A stretch of 58,117 nucleotides of DNA, filler included, from Platydemus manokwari (GCA_037951405.1; 5 parts of 5 records of this genome joined end to end with filler, not necessarily neighbours in it), one strand, 5' to 3'; positions 1-11,943 are shown, counted from the first letter of the whole stretch. The notes: a model not told the origin generated them from the letters alone. Made by a program: numbers and translations.

Positions 1-2953
1 GTCAAATTGAAACACATGAACATAATATTGTTGATATCAGAAACATATTAATTGTCTCGATTTATTGTCCAAAGTTTATGGCGATTGATCTTGATTTCCA
101 AGGCGAACTGTTGTCAGCATTTCTGTAGTTGAATTAGAATTATTGACAGTCTGATCCATACTCAAGGTTGTTCTATGGCGCATATTTTATAAGGCTAATA
201 CATATGGGAATCCTAACTGGGTTATATAGCAAAAGGAATTTTTACAATTTGGTTTTGATTTTGATTAACTTACAATTTATATTTTTTGGAATGTTTGTAC
301 AATTTTTTGGTTATATTTCGAGATGCAACCTAAATGGGGATTATGTGCTAGGTGGGGATCCCAACAATTCAACCATAAACCGGTAGCATTGTAAGCACTA
401 TACTCCAACATTAATTCTTACCATCTTTGGGAAAACTCAATTAACAGTTTATAACCTGTTTTATACTGAACAAAATTACTAAGTGTCTATTATCATGTTA
501 AAATTAATAATTTTTCATATATCCAGGTTTTAAATTTGATCCGCCTTCCTTTGAACGGAATCAAAAACAGTTCTGAAATGTGTCATAGGAAAATTTAATT
601 ATTCTGTGTTTTATTTTATTATTAGCAACATTTTTTATTTCTTTTATTATATTAATATTTGTGGTGATTGATAATAACATTAACTATGAAGTTTCATTGT
701 CTCATTTAAAGTAACACAATCGTATTACATTTTTCATTGCTATTTATTGTCATTTCAGTTGAGTTTCAGCAATTTTTAAATTTCACTTCGGTTGGATAAA
801 ACAAATAAAGAATTGAAGAGGCCACTAATGAAGTACTAACATTTGTAACTGATATTTTAATCTATTGTAATTATAATAATACTGCCCCTCCATTGTCTAT
901 ATTCAATAGATTGACTGCAATGGAAAAACCAAACAATAACGGATTATAATGTATCTGTTGTCTTTGAATTACATACTCACGAAAGATTAAAATAAAACTA
1001 ATGAATATAATAAAGTGAATAATTCAGTAAATATTATAAATCATCAACATCAGACAGAAAATAAGGCATGGAAAACCATTAAGAGAAATCACTCTAAACA
1101 TTTGGTGCTAATAGGAACAGTTATCTCCAGTGTAACAACCTTAATGGTGATGATCATAGGATACAGCTTGTACAAAAAATATTGTGTATGAGAAATTAGT
1201 TTATAACAATTAAAGGAAATAATGAATTTGCACAAAAATTATTATTCCAAAAGTTTTAATTATTTAACGGTATTAAGTATCAGCTGGAACATGAAAACTT
1301 GTGTAAAATAATATTTAGTGAAGCTAATTTTTGTAAATATCAATTGGAAATGAATAATATTATTACGATATAAATATGAAATTTAATTTTTGTAAATATA
1401 GAATGGACATAAATTATTGGATGATGATTAATGCGTGTAATGTAAATAAAATATTTCGTGTATTTAAAAAAATTTTGGCGAATAGGAAAAATAAAAGTAA
1501 CCAATAGGAATATTACCCTAAAAATTTCTTCCAATGAAAAAATATTGCATAAAGTAACAACTAATCAAAATTAAGCTCTGCAAACATATAATATCGACCC
1601 TAAAACTTGTAATGTTCATAATTCTGAACAGATTTTTCTATCAACGAACAGATAAGTAATTGATGTTATTTTTTATGTTAGTAATTATTTATCCCAAAGC
1701 AATGGAACCATCAACCACAATTATTCAATTTTTTCCGAGATAATTTTATGTAGGAATCAAGTAAGAGAAAAGGAAAACCTTTGACATAGCCTGAAGAATA
1801 TTCGAAAAAATAAGACTTGCTTAGCAAGCTGAAATATACAGCTCAACAATTGCGAACAATAGTAGATGTTCATTTTAAAGAACAAGGAGGTTTTGAGTTA
1901 GGGGATATAACCCCCAGATTGTCTTTTAACCCATCTATGATTAATATCCATTGCACCTAGTCAGATATCTCAGTCAAATGTGTGAACGAGACAATCGATT
2001 TGAAGAAGTTTTCACCCGTCTATATATAAGAAACAGATTGCTCAAAAAAGTTATTAAAATAACCTAGATTCCTTAATCGTCTGAAGGTATGTAATCACTC
2101 TCTATAAAAGAGATGAAATAATATTTCGAATTTAAAAATCTGACTAAACTAGAGAGATGTTATTCATCATAAAATAAAATTGAAATAGAATTTTGATTAG
2201 CTAGAAGTCCGGTTTACCAAGTCGACTAACTAACAATGCAATTAGTCTTATATTACTTAATGTGTTATAAATCATTATTTTAATGCACTCCGAAACTAAC
2301 TATGTAAACATTAAAATAACAATCGATTAATCTCTCAAATAAAATTCTGATACTCTGTTCAAATAAAATTCGTTTAACAGTTAATAAATTTTGCTTTATT
2401 TAATACATTAATTAATATTACATTACTGTATGAAAGATTTTTAAATTTTTATACAAATTACATTAAATCAATTTAATAAATAATGAATAAATTGTTCAAT
2501 AAATATAAGGTCAACTAACGTTAAATTATAATTTGAAGTAATTATAAAAATATGGTGCTTAAATTAAGAAAAAAGGCCCTTTGACCCAATTTAAAGTAAT
2601 GACTTTTCGTGAGATGTTTAATATTAAGAATTTAATTAAATAATCTATATAGATTTTTGCAATACACTCCACAATTATAAAATTTTATTTGATATTAACA
2701 GCTTGATATATCATATTTGGACTATTGATCATTTTTATATAGATTTTTCTTGGAATTATTTTTGAAAATAGTTTTGCTTATTTCTTAATATTTTAATTTT
2801 AGAAGTTCATCGCAGTGAACTTTATTTTTAGAAAAAAAGAGTAAAAATATATTTTAAAGAAAATCAAATCACAAATCATCATCGAAATTCCCAAATTGAT
2901 TACCTCGAAATTGAAAAATTCTTGGTAAAATTGTTATTTAAATATATATAGCG

Positions 2954-4265
2954 TGTAACAAACATAAACAGAAAATCAAACAAAATATAATTAAATAATT
3001 CTTAGTTTTTAATAAAAATTGTCACAGTATCTTGATATTATGGCTGCAAATACAATAATAAATTATACAAAGAAAAATAATAACATTAATTATACTAATA
3101 ATAACAATAATATTTAAAATAATCACAATAATAATAAAAATTAGAATAATAATTTTCTCTCGTTTTTTCCTTCATTCTATTAAATTAATAGGTTGGTTGT
3201 GTGATTTAATCTTATCTCTGGTCCTAAGGGGCTTCAATAACGGGTATGATGACCACGCTATTGGAAAATGAATATTAGTGTTATCTAAAGGTCTGAAAAT
3301 CCTTTGTCGATGACACCGTTGTAGGCCTGCAAAAGTTAAGTGATTATTCTCCCGACTTGGAGTAATGGTAAATAGATTATTATTACTGAATGATATAATC
3401 GTTATATTAACCACTATAGCGCGATATTGATAACCCAGCGTTGATTTATTAATGAATGACAACAATAATGGTTTAATAAAATTTATTAATAGAACAAAAC
3501 GGAACAATAAAGGCGAAATTTTAACAACAAAAATTTAGTTAAATGGCCGGCACGTTACCTCAGCAAGTAACCAGCATAAATCCAAAAGTGGACGAAGGAA
3601 AGCTGCACGACGGGATGGAGAAGATCGACAATGATATAAATTGTTACGCAAATTAAACATAAAATTTTACGTAAAAGGTTTTTTAATTTAATTAATGATA
3701 AATGAAAATTTCTACAAATAAACTCAATCTAACTCTTCAACAAAATTTCGTGGTTCTTGCAGATAATGCTTTCAATAAATTCCTAGCTCGATGTGCAATA
3801 AAATCCGATATTTCCAATAATGAAAATTCTGAAGTCCTAGCTTGGTGTGCAATAAATCCGGTATCTCCAATAATTTCGGTGCTTTCCTTCTTAAAAATTT
3901 CGCTAAAAATGTCTCTAAGTAGTTTTCTCCTTGGTGTGTTGTGGTATCTTGTCTGTGCTGGACTCAGTATTTATATCTACTGAGCCAGAGGCTTCTTGCT
4001 ATTTTTAGAAACATTTTTGTTACCGACGGTAATTCACATTCCGTCTGCATTTTTGAGATGTTTTAAATTATATCTTATTATATAATTATACTCTTATTAT
4101 TATTATCTTTTCCTTTTTCATTATTTACTTTATATTCATATATAATTATTCTTATACTTATTTTATTATTATTATTCTATTTTTATTATTTATTTTATTT
4201 TTAATGCTTTTATTTTATATTTTAATATTCTCTTCATTCATTGTCGTCACTCTCCATCACTCACA
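2954..4265 (-). repeat. putative 3' LTR
   Basis: Starts with TG after the PPT and contains a TATAAATA box and a ~40-bp imperfect internal duplication (3781-3821 / 3835-3874). Candidate end ...GTTACA at 2954. The 5' LTR is absent from the window, so the boundary is unverified. Confidence 0.5.
3963..3984 (-). promoter_or_regulatory. LTR TATA box inside a perfect 7-bp inverted repeat
   Basis: Minus strand CTCAGTA-GATATAAA-TACTGAG; TATAAATA at 3968-3975. Confidence 0.5.
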
Positions 4266-4283
4266 TCCTCCCTTCATTCCTTT
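4266..4283 (-). other. polypurine tract (PPT) of the gypsy element
   Basis: Minus strand AAAGGAATGAAGGGAGGA, immediately followed by TGTGAG (LTR start), downstream of the last ORF. Confidence 0.7.
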
Positions 4284-4727
4284 AAACCTTGCACAAATAA
4301 TAATACATTTTTTTGAAAATATAAGTTATTAAATAACAAAATTGATCATTACTAATTGTCACATACAACTGGACATAAAAACTTGTCATATACAAAAATT
4401 AATAACATCAATAAGTCAGTTGAAATAAAAACTTGTCATAACATCAATAAGTCAGTTGAACATTGGCATAAAATTGGGATAAACTGCCATTCTGCTCAGA
4501 ACTGATTTGGCTTTTGGATCGGAAAGGTCTGATTTGGGGTATTCTCATCCATAGTTAAAAGCTTATTTGTTTTGTACATGCATATACTGTACGTGCTATA
4601 TAAAGGGTATCTGAGCGGGTTACTTATAATTTATGATTACATGCATTTCTATATAATGTGTGTGCTATCTAGTGGGTTACTTTTAATTTATTAATTTATA
4701 ATTTCGTGCTGAGTGGGGATCCCAACA

Positions 4728-6854
4728 CTACTTTGGAGTTTTTAAAGCCTCGTCCTCGTGGCTTTTAAAGATATGTTGGGGCTTGCCACGGATTTTGGCC
4801 TCCTCCTGCTTCCCCCTTAGTATGATTGGGGGAATTCGAGCCCATGGAATGCTGCTGTCTATATCCACATCCGGTGTGGCATTCCATAGCTCTGTTATTG
4901 GTTGCTTTTCTTGGACTCCTTTTATTGCTTCTGTTGGGAATAACTCTTCCGTGAGTTTTTCGGGTGACGGTGCCGGTGTTTCCATTTCCATCTTCATCTC
5001 TATTTCGTCTTCCCAATCTATCTCTAACACATCTTCCTTGTCAACTTCTTTCTCCATTTTCCCCCTCTCTTTTGCCCATTCGTTATATTCTTTTATTGTG
5101 AGATTCATCTTCTCTGCCTCCTCTCGTATTTCTTTCATCTTTTTATGATCCTCTTGTAGCTCCCCTAGTCGCCCTTTCATCGTTTCTGCATTGTCCCACT
5201 TGTTTTTCATTTCATTAGTTCTTTCTTCAAATTCTTTCATTTTTTCTTGTATCTCCTCTACTTTCCTCCGCATTTCTTCCATTTCCCTTTTGGTTCTTTT
5301 CTCCCATTCCGATGGTTCATCCTCTTTTTCCATAGCTGCCTCATATTCACAGCTCCATCGCAACAACTCTTGCAGGTCTTCATCTTGGTACTCCTCTCAC
5401 TCTGCTATATCTATTCCAAGATCCAACTCTTCTGCTACTTCCTCCACTTGTTGCGTGATAGTTGTCCCTTCCATCGTTCTTTTTCGCTTAAGGGGATGCT
5501 TTTTTAGAGGGAAGTACTCCTCTCCCAGATGTTGTCTGATGGTATCTTCGTATGATCTTTTAGACTCCATCGTCTCTTTTTCTTTCACCTCCAAATCCAG
5601 GGGTATCAATCTCCATACCATTTGTGCTTTTTCTTTTGTCAGCAGAGTCCTCGGTGCAATGGCCACCGAATTTACCCAACTCATTATTGCCACCGCTTTC
5701 TCTTTCTCCTCATTTTCATATTGGTGGACTTTTTCCTCCCATCTCTTTTGTTGAAAGTCATCTTCGTGATCTCTCCATTCTCTCTCTATTGTTTTATATA
5801 TCTCCTTGACACTATCCAACGTGTCTTGGATTCCTTCTTTTTTCATCACTCTATGGATGATCTTAAAGTAAATGTCCTGTATCCTACTGGACACCGATAT
5901 TCTGGCTCTCTTTGGACCTCCTATTCGTGTTTCTTCAGCCAGTTTTTCGTTCACCATGGGAGCTCCATCCAAATCCCTAACTCCCATTACCTCTTCCAGC
6001 CTTACTCCTAGGGCATTTACCTTTTCCTTTAGTTTGTGGCCTACAATTATTTTTTCCTGCCACATCTCTCTCAATCTAACCTTCGCCCAAACTTCATCTA
6101 CCTGCCCTCGAGCATTTGTCTCCATTAATCCGCTCTGCTCGACATTGTATTCCTTAATCTCTGCTCGCGGGCAAATACATGTTTCAAACATGGTTTTCCC
6201 TTTATAATCCATCACACCTACTTATGTTGGGTGATGTTCCCCAAAGAAATCCACGGCGGTTTTTACGTCAATGAAAACTATCTTTGCTTGCTCTTCTATA
6301 GTTAGATTTCTTCGGACAAAACTTAAGTTCCTTTCCAGTGCTTGAAACGGCAAGGGCCTTTCCTTTTCAATGGGTATCACTGGGTACTCTTCTATCCCTG
6401 CCCCCTCTTCCACCATTCTTTGCTCTATGGCAAAAATGGCTGGCAGGTCAGAGCCGCTGATTATTGCGCTCTGATGACTTTTGAGAGTGGTAGTCTTCCA
6501 CTTTTCCTGGGTGAGTTTTAGACGAATCTTCAGTGAGGAGAGGGACTCCACCTCATAATCTTCGATACCCATCTTAATGGTTATCCTTGGGGTTGCCGCA
6601 TGGATCACTATCCTGTGTTTCAATTTAAATATTTAACAGTAGATCCCCAATCGGAACCTTCCCTGGGTTAGGGTATGTATTATAACTAATGTTCTATTTC
6701 TTTTTGTTGGGGATTTCAGTTTATTCGGAATTTCCTCTACTCGTGTGTATCGTCTCATGCCTATTGTGCTTGCAGTGCCTTTAACTATGGATTGCTGCAG
6801 TCCTCTGTAGAATCTGCTGGGGTAGGTTGATTTCTGGGTTTGTTTGATGTTCAT
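4728..6854 (-). pseudogene. ~709-codon accessory gene with a DEDDh (REX4/ISG20-like) exonuclease-fold domain and an acidic coiled coil
   Basis: ORFs 6633-6854, 6222-6623, 5397-6215 and 4728-5366 are all in one frame, separated by single stops (TAA 6633, TAA 6222, TGA 5397). Motif series: KIVFIDVKT / VGVMDYKGKTMFETCICP / IKEYNVEQSGL / KIIVGHKL / VRDL / VKEIY. Confidence 0.7.
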
Positions 6855-7281
6855 TTTCTGAATTACAAAGAATTAATATTGAATTTATTGGCAATAATTC
6901 GATGACAATGATGAGTGAGATGATGCTTACTTTGGAGTTTTTGGGCTGTGATCCCGTGAGCGATTCCAGTCCTTCCTGATTCCCAAGATCGCCACTGGGT
7001 CATCATTGTGATATTTGATTTATTATTTTAAATTTTATTCCCCCTTTTTTTGTCTTACTTTAATCCCCCTATCTGCTTACTTTTACTGTTTGTTGTGCCT
7101 TTTTATCTTTGCTTTATTTTATCCCGCTACCATTACTATTTGTGGTGCATTCTTTTTTTTATTATTTATTATGTCAGTTTTGATGATGACTTTTGATATA
7201 CATAACAGATATTTTTTATAAATAACATGAATATTGCTTATAAATATCAAATATAACTATTTACACGGCATGCTACTGCCT

Positions 7282-9328
7282 TTACAACTCCGTTTCCAAG
7301 ACCCCATCATACATGATGTTTGTGAGTCTATATCTCCTTCTTATTCTAACATCGCGGCTATCGTCATCGTGACTGCCAAAATTACTCCTCCTATTATCGT
7401 CATTATAGTCTCCAACAAAAATACTGCTTCTTCAGTGCAGTGACCGCCTCATGATGCCTTTTTGTGGTTGCTGTTTGTCTTTCGCTTGTCGTTATTGGTA
7501 TTAATTTTGTTGTTAACTGTTCCTGTCCCTGTTTACATATCATCTTCTTTTCGTGATGTACCTCATTATTGAACGTCACTCCCCCTATCTGTTCATAGAA
7601 GTAAACGTCTATTTCTATCGTTGATTGTTCTTCCGGCACCGTTGTCTGTCCTTGTGTGCCATTAGTTATTACTACCTTTGCATTGTTTATATAAACTTGT
7701 GCCGTTAAGCATTTCATTTTTATCCACCTTATTTCTATTCCTGATTCTATTGATTTTACGTACACCCTTCCTTCAATATCTGGTGTTTGCACTACCACCT
7801 CTCTGGCTACTTTTTCCATTGTTATCTGTAATTGAAAAGCTTCCTTGGCTTGGACCTTCCTTATCCTTATCTTATGATTATTGGATTTATCTCCTTGTAC
7901 TTGGTGTTCTATCATCCCCCTGTATATTTTTCTCCAGCATCTTTCTTTGTTTAAACTTATGTTCTGTGCGACTCTCAATCGAAAATCCCTTCTGGGCGTA
8001 TTTTGGTTTCTTACTACGATTGCTCCTGAATAGCTTTGTATGAAGAACTTGGCAAATTTCTCGTCATCCACCATATAATTAACAATCGACTGATGACAAT
8101 TTTGTTCACTTTCCGGTACCATTAGTAATAGCGCTGACACGGCCAAAGCCATTCTTGATGCTACTGGTTGCGCTGCTGCTCTTCTTAATGTATGCATTCC
8201 TACCCATCTTCTCCTGCGGCCTGATGCTCGTCTACTAACGGCTGCTATTGCTGTTACTATGATTAATATCATTATGATTACCAACACTGTTATTACTGCC
8301 CTTTTGGCATGTTCGCTTTGGTGATATTCCTGATGTGACTGTTTACTTTCGTTTTTCATCTTTTCTTCCCTATTTCGTGCAATTATCATTACTTTATCCT
8401 TATCTTCCTGGCATCTTCTCTTTTCATTATAGAACCTCTCTTCTCTCCCTCTGCATCTGCGATTATCCCTCAGCATCCTATAATATTCTAATTCATATTT
8501 AGGGTTGCTAATTCTCTTGCTTGGTTCTTCTTTTACTTCATAGTCCTCCATTGAGTTGTGCGCTACTTGTTGTGGCTTGGGGATTATTACAATTACTGTT
8601 ATTACTTTTTCCTGTCCTTTTTTATTTATTGTCAGTTCCACTTTATATATCACTTGCCATGTCTTATTAGTGAGTTCATTTTGTTGTATTAATTTGAACC
8701 TTCCACTTTTTATTTTATATTTGCCTACGCTTATTATTGTTTCATTTCTATTCTTTCTTCGCATTTTCATGTCCCTTCTTATACTGTTGCTCTCTAATAT
8801 TATCCCTTCCGTGGCATATGCTTTTCTTCTTTCCTCGTTGTTGGTCACCCATTTTTATCATAAATTGCTGAATCTCTATTTTTACTGGTAAATGCAATAA
8901 GTGTTTCTGATAGTCTCGTTATTTTTCCTATTATTATTGTCGTGTTTCCTTCCCTTGTCTCTGTCTTATTTTGCGTGTCGTTTTTCATTGTTCTCCCTTC
9001 AGTTGTTTGTCCCATGGCGCTGCCGATTATTGTTGTTATGAGGCAGTGTAGGAATACTACTCCGGCGATTTCCTTGATTCCACTCTTTCTGAACACCTTC
9101 TTCGCCATCCACTGTATCATCAGATGTCTTTATGTGTAGCGCGCGGTTTTTCCCACCGCTTGTATCACAGCCTGACTGGCTCTTAATATTTTCTTTTTCC
9201 CTTCTGTCATTGTTTCTCTCTCTTCAGCGTATCTCCCTACTTCCTCTGCTAACTTTTCCATTCTTACTCGTGATTCTCTTAGTTGTTCTTCTAAATGTCT
9301 TATCTTCTCTTCCTCCTATATTAATTCA
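7282..9328 (-). pseudogene. env-like membrane glycoprotein polyprotein downstream of integrase, apparently fused to it
   Basis: Reconstructed across TAG/TAA stops and slips in (TA)n and A5 runs. Order: coiled coil, hydrophobic signal (about 9010-9072), region with N-glycosylation sequons, TM (8237-8299), RRASGRRRR, second signal-like segment (about 8102-8152), second ectodomain, TM (about 7350-7425), tail RIRRRYRLTNIMYDGVLETEL*. Confidence 0.65.
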
Positions 9329-11943
9329 TTATATATATTCTTTTTCTAATTGTTCCAGCCATGACTGCTCTTCTTCATCTCCTTCTCCTTGATTCTCTAT
9401 TGCCATCATCATTTTCTGAGTTGCTTTCGGTTTTTGTCGAAGCTTATTCTTATATTCTAGCGCCGGTGTGTCCTCGGCCTTTTTACATCGGTTAATGTGC
9501 ACTACTGTTGGATCCGCATTCTTATTCTTGATAACATATAGATTTGTATCAATGACTTTTACCACTTTATATGGTCCTTTAAACGGTCGTTGCAACTTTG
9601 GCGTTAATCCCTTTTTCGCTTCCGGTGCATAGACTCTCACCTTGTCTCCTATTTTAAAGTTGTGCTCCTTTGCTTTTTGATCGTAGTAATCCTTATATTG
9701 CTCTTGTCTATATTTGTTATTCAACTGAGCCTTCTGGTATACTTTGCTCAAGCTTTCTTTCATTACTGTGACATATTCCTGCTCTTCCATTAATTATGAT
9801 GTTGTTGGTAAATAGGTTAAGTCTATAGGAAGAAACGTTTCCCTTAGGTACATTAAATATCCCGTTGTTTCATTTATTGCCGTATTATATGCAAATAGGC
9901 ATGGTCTTATGTATTCATCCCAATCATTTTGCTGATAGTTTACGAAGTTAGCTAACATATTTTGTAGTGTCTGGTTAAATCTTTCCACTAAACCGTCCAT
10001 TTGTGGATGATATGGAGATGTGTTTAGTTTCTTAATTTTAAATAACTCCGTGGTCTCTTGTATGATATTACTCAAAAAATCCTTTCCTCTGTCGGTTAAT
10101 AATTTACTCGGCGCTCCGTATTTAAATATTATTTCTTCAACCAGAATCTTTGCTAAGGTTTCCGCTTTATGATTCTCCGTTGCAAATGCTTCTGCTGTCC
10201 TGGTGAAATAATCACAAAACACTATTATGTACTTATTCCCCTTAATTGTTGTTGGTAGTGGCCCCATTACATCCATGGCACATAATTCCATTGGTCTTGT
10301 CGCCCGTGGTATCGGTTTCAAAGGAACCTTTTTCCTTCTCCCCGTATTTCTTGTGTTGCACATAACATGCATTGCTTACACCATTGTTCTACATCATTGC
10401 TCATATTTTCCCAATAATACTTCTGCCTTATCTTCCCCAAGGTTTTTTTCCTAGATAAATGTCCTCCTAATATTCCATCGAGGTATACTAATTACAGCTG
10501 TTGTTGCATCTCCGCTGGTACTACCGTTAGTAGATTTACTCCATCTTGATATTTCATAATTACGTCTGCTGTTATCTGGTATCCTGCTGCTATCATTTCA
10601 TTATTCATGATTGCTCCCTCCTTCTTCTTGTCCTCTAGTCTCTTTATTATATTCCTTATCTTTTTTAGGTGGCTATCTCTCATTTGAGCTTCCTTGATAT
10701 CTCTCTCCCCAGTTGTTTTCAACATGCTATTTACAAAAGCTTCTACCGCACTTATCTCCAATATTGATTTTTCCTCCCTTCTCTCTGGTATTCGCAATAA
10801 TGAATCTGCATTAGCATTTGATTTCCCTGATCTTTATACTATTTTTATGTTATGATCTTGTAGCTTAAGTGCCCATTTTATTAGCCTTCTCGAAGTGTCT
10901 CTATGCTTCATAAGGCTCTCTAATGGCTTGTGATCAGTTTTCAATATTATCTCCGTTCCATATATGTATTGTCTAAACTCTTTTAGCGCGAATATTATTG
11001 CTAAACATTCCCTTTCTATAGTTGAATAATTCTTTTCTGCTCCCTTCAGCGATCTACTGGCATACGCTATTGCGTGATCCGATTCTCCCTCATCTTGCTG
11101 TCCCAATACTGCTCTAAGTGCTCCCCCACTTGTATCGGTCATTATTATAAATGGTTTTTCCATATTTGGGTATCTTTAGTACCGGTGCTTGTGTTAGATT
11201 CCGTTTTAATGTTTTGAATGCTTGCTGTTGTACTTCCCCCCATTTTATCTTTAACATACTTTCTGTTTTATTTCGTTTTCCCTTTTCTTTAGATTTCTCC
11301 CTCTCAACTCCTTCCTCTTTATCCTTTTTATTTCTTATCTGTCTATACGCCTCTGCTGCTTTCTTCATTGAATCATAAATTGGCATCGCAATACGTGCAT
11401 AATTTTCCTGAAACCTCCTATAATAACCTGTCATTCCCAAGAATATTTTTGCATCGTTAATTGTCTTTGGTTCTGGAAACTTAGCTATTTTTTCTACCTT
11501 TGTTGGGTCTCGCGCTATTCCTTGCACCGATATTATGTGTCCCAGAAATGATACTGATGGTCTTGTCCATTCACACTTAGTAGGCTTTATTTTTAGTCCT
11601 GATTTTCTTAGTCTAAAAAACACTCTTCCTATATCTATTATATAATCATCAAAATTTTCTGAATAGACTAGTATGTCATCTATGTAAACCATAGCATGTG
11701 GTATATCTGTTAACACCGTGTTCATGAGTCGTTGAAACGTAGCTGGTGCCCCCGTTAATCCAAGAGGCATCTTTACATATTCGTATAATCCTTCTCCTAG
11801 ACAAAAGGCTGTTTTCTCTATGTCTCCCTCGGTAACTTTTACTTGATTATGACCTTTATTCATATTTAATTTGGTATAATATTTTGCTCCATTTAATTTG
11901 TCAAATATCTCTCTAATATTTGGCAGCGGAAAAACGTCCTGCT
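9329..11943 (-). pseudogene. pol: pol (RT, RNase H, integrase), disrupted by stops and frameshifts
   Basis: RT: DVFPLPNI..KLNGAKYYTKLN, MPLGLTGAPATFQR, VYIDDILV, FLGH, FLGMTGYYRRF. RNase H: TDTS, NYSTIERECLAI, TDHKPL. Integrase: GGHL..YYW, AMDVMGP, LTDRG, SPYHPQMDGLVERFNQTL, GPYKV. Frameshift near 11165 and in-frame stops at 10834, 10492 and 9794. The first RT catalytic Asp reads Asn. Confidence 0.95.

Larger units (their letters stand above)
2954..11943 (-). mobile_element. Ty3/gypsy (Metaviridae-like) LTR retroelement, 5'-truncated by the assembly gap, decayed, carrying env-like and exonuclease-like accessory genes
   Basis: RT-RNaseH-IN domain order on the minus strand, additional ORFs downstream, and a polypurine tract followed by TG at 4265. 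The left LTR boundary is tentative. Confidence 0.9.

Noticed and set aside
995-1191. Plus-strand segment encoding a C-terminal TM anchor (..HLVLIGTVISSVTTLMVMIIGYSLYKKYCV*)
   Set aside because: No start or clean splice model, upstream frames are interrupted, and it cannot be assigned.
3172-3983. ORFs 3172-3507 (-) and 3702-3983 (+)
   Set aside because: They lie in the putative LTR and have no recognisable protein features.
4783-11378. Many plus-strand ORFs rich in Ser/Phe/Leu overlapping the gypsy element
   Set aside because: Antisense shadows of the very purine-rich coding strand; they contain no motifs.
4728-11943. Stop-codon reassignment or programmed readthrough explaining the in-frame stops
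   Set aside because: TAA, TAG and TGA all occur together with frameshifts and a mutated RT catalytic residue, and host genes use the standard code. Mutational decay is the simpler explanation.
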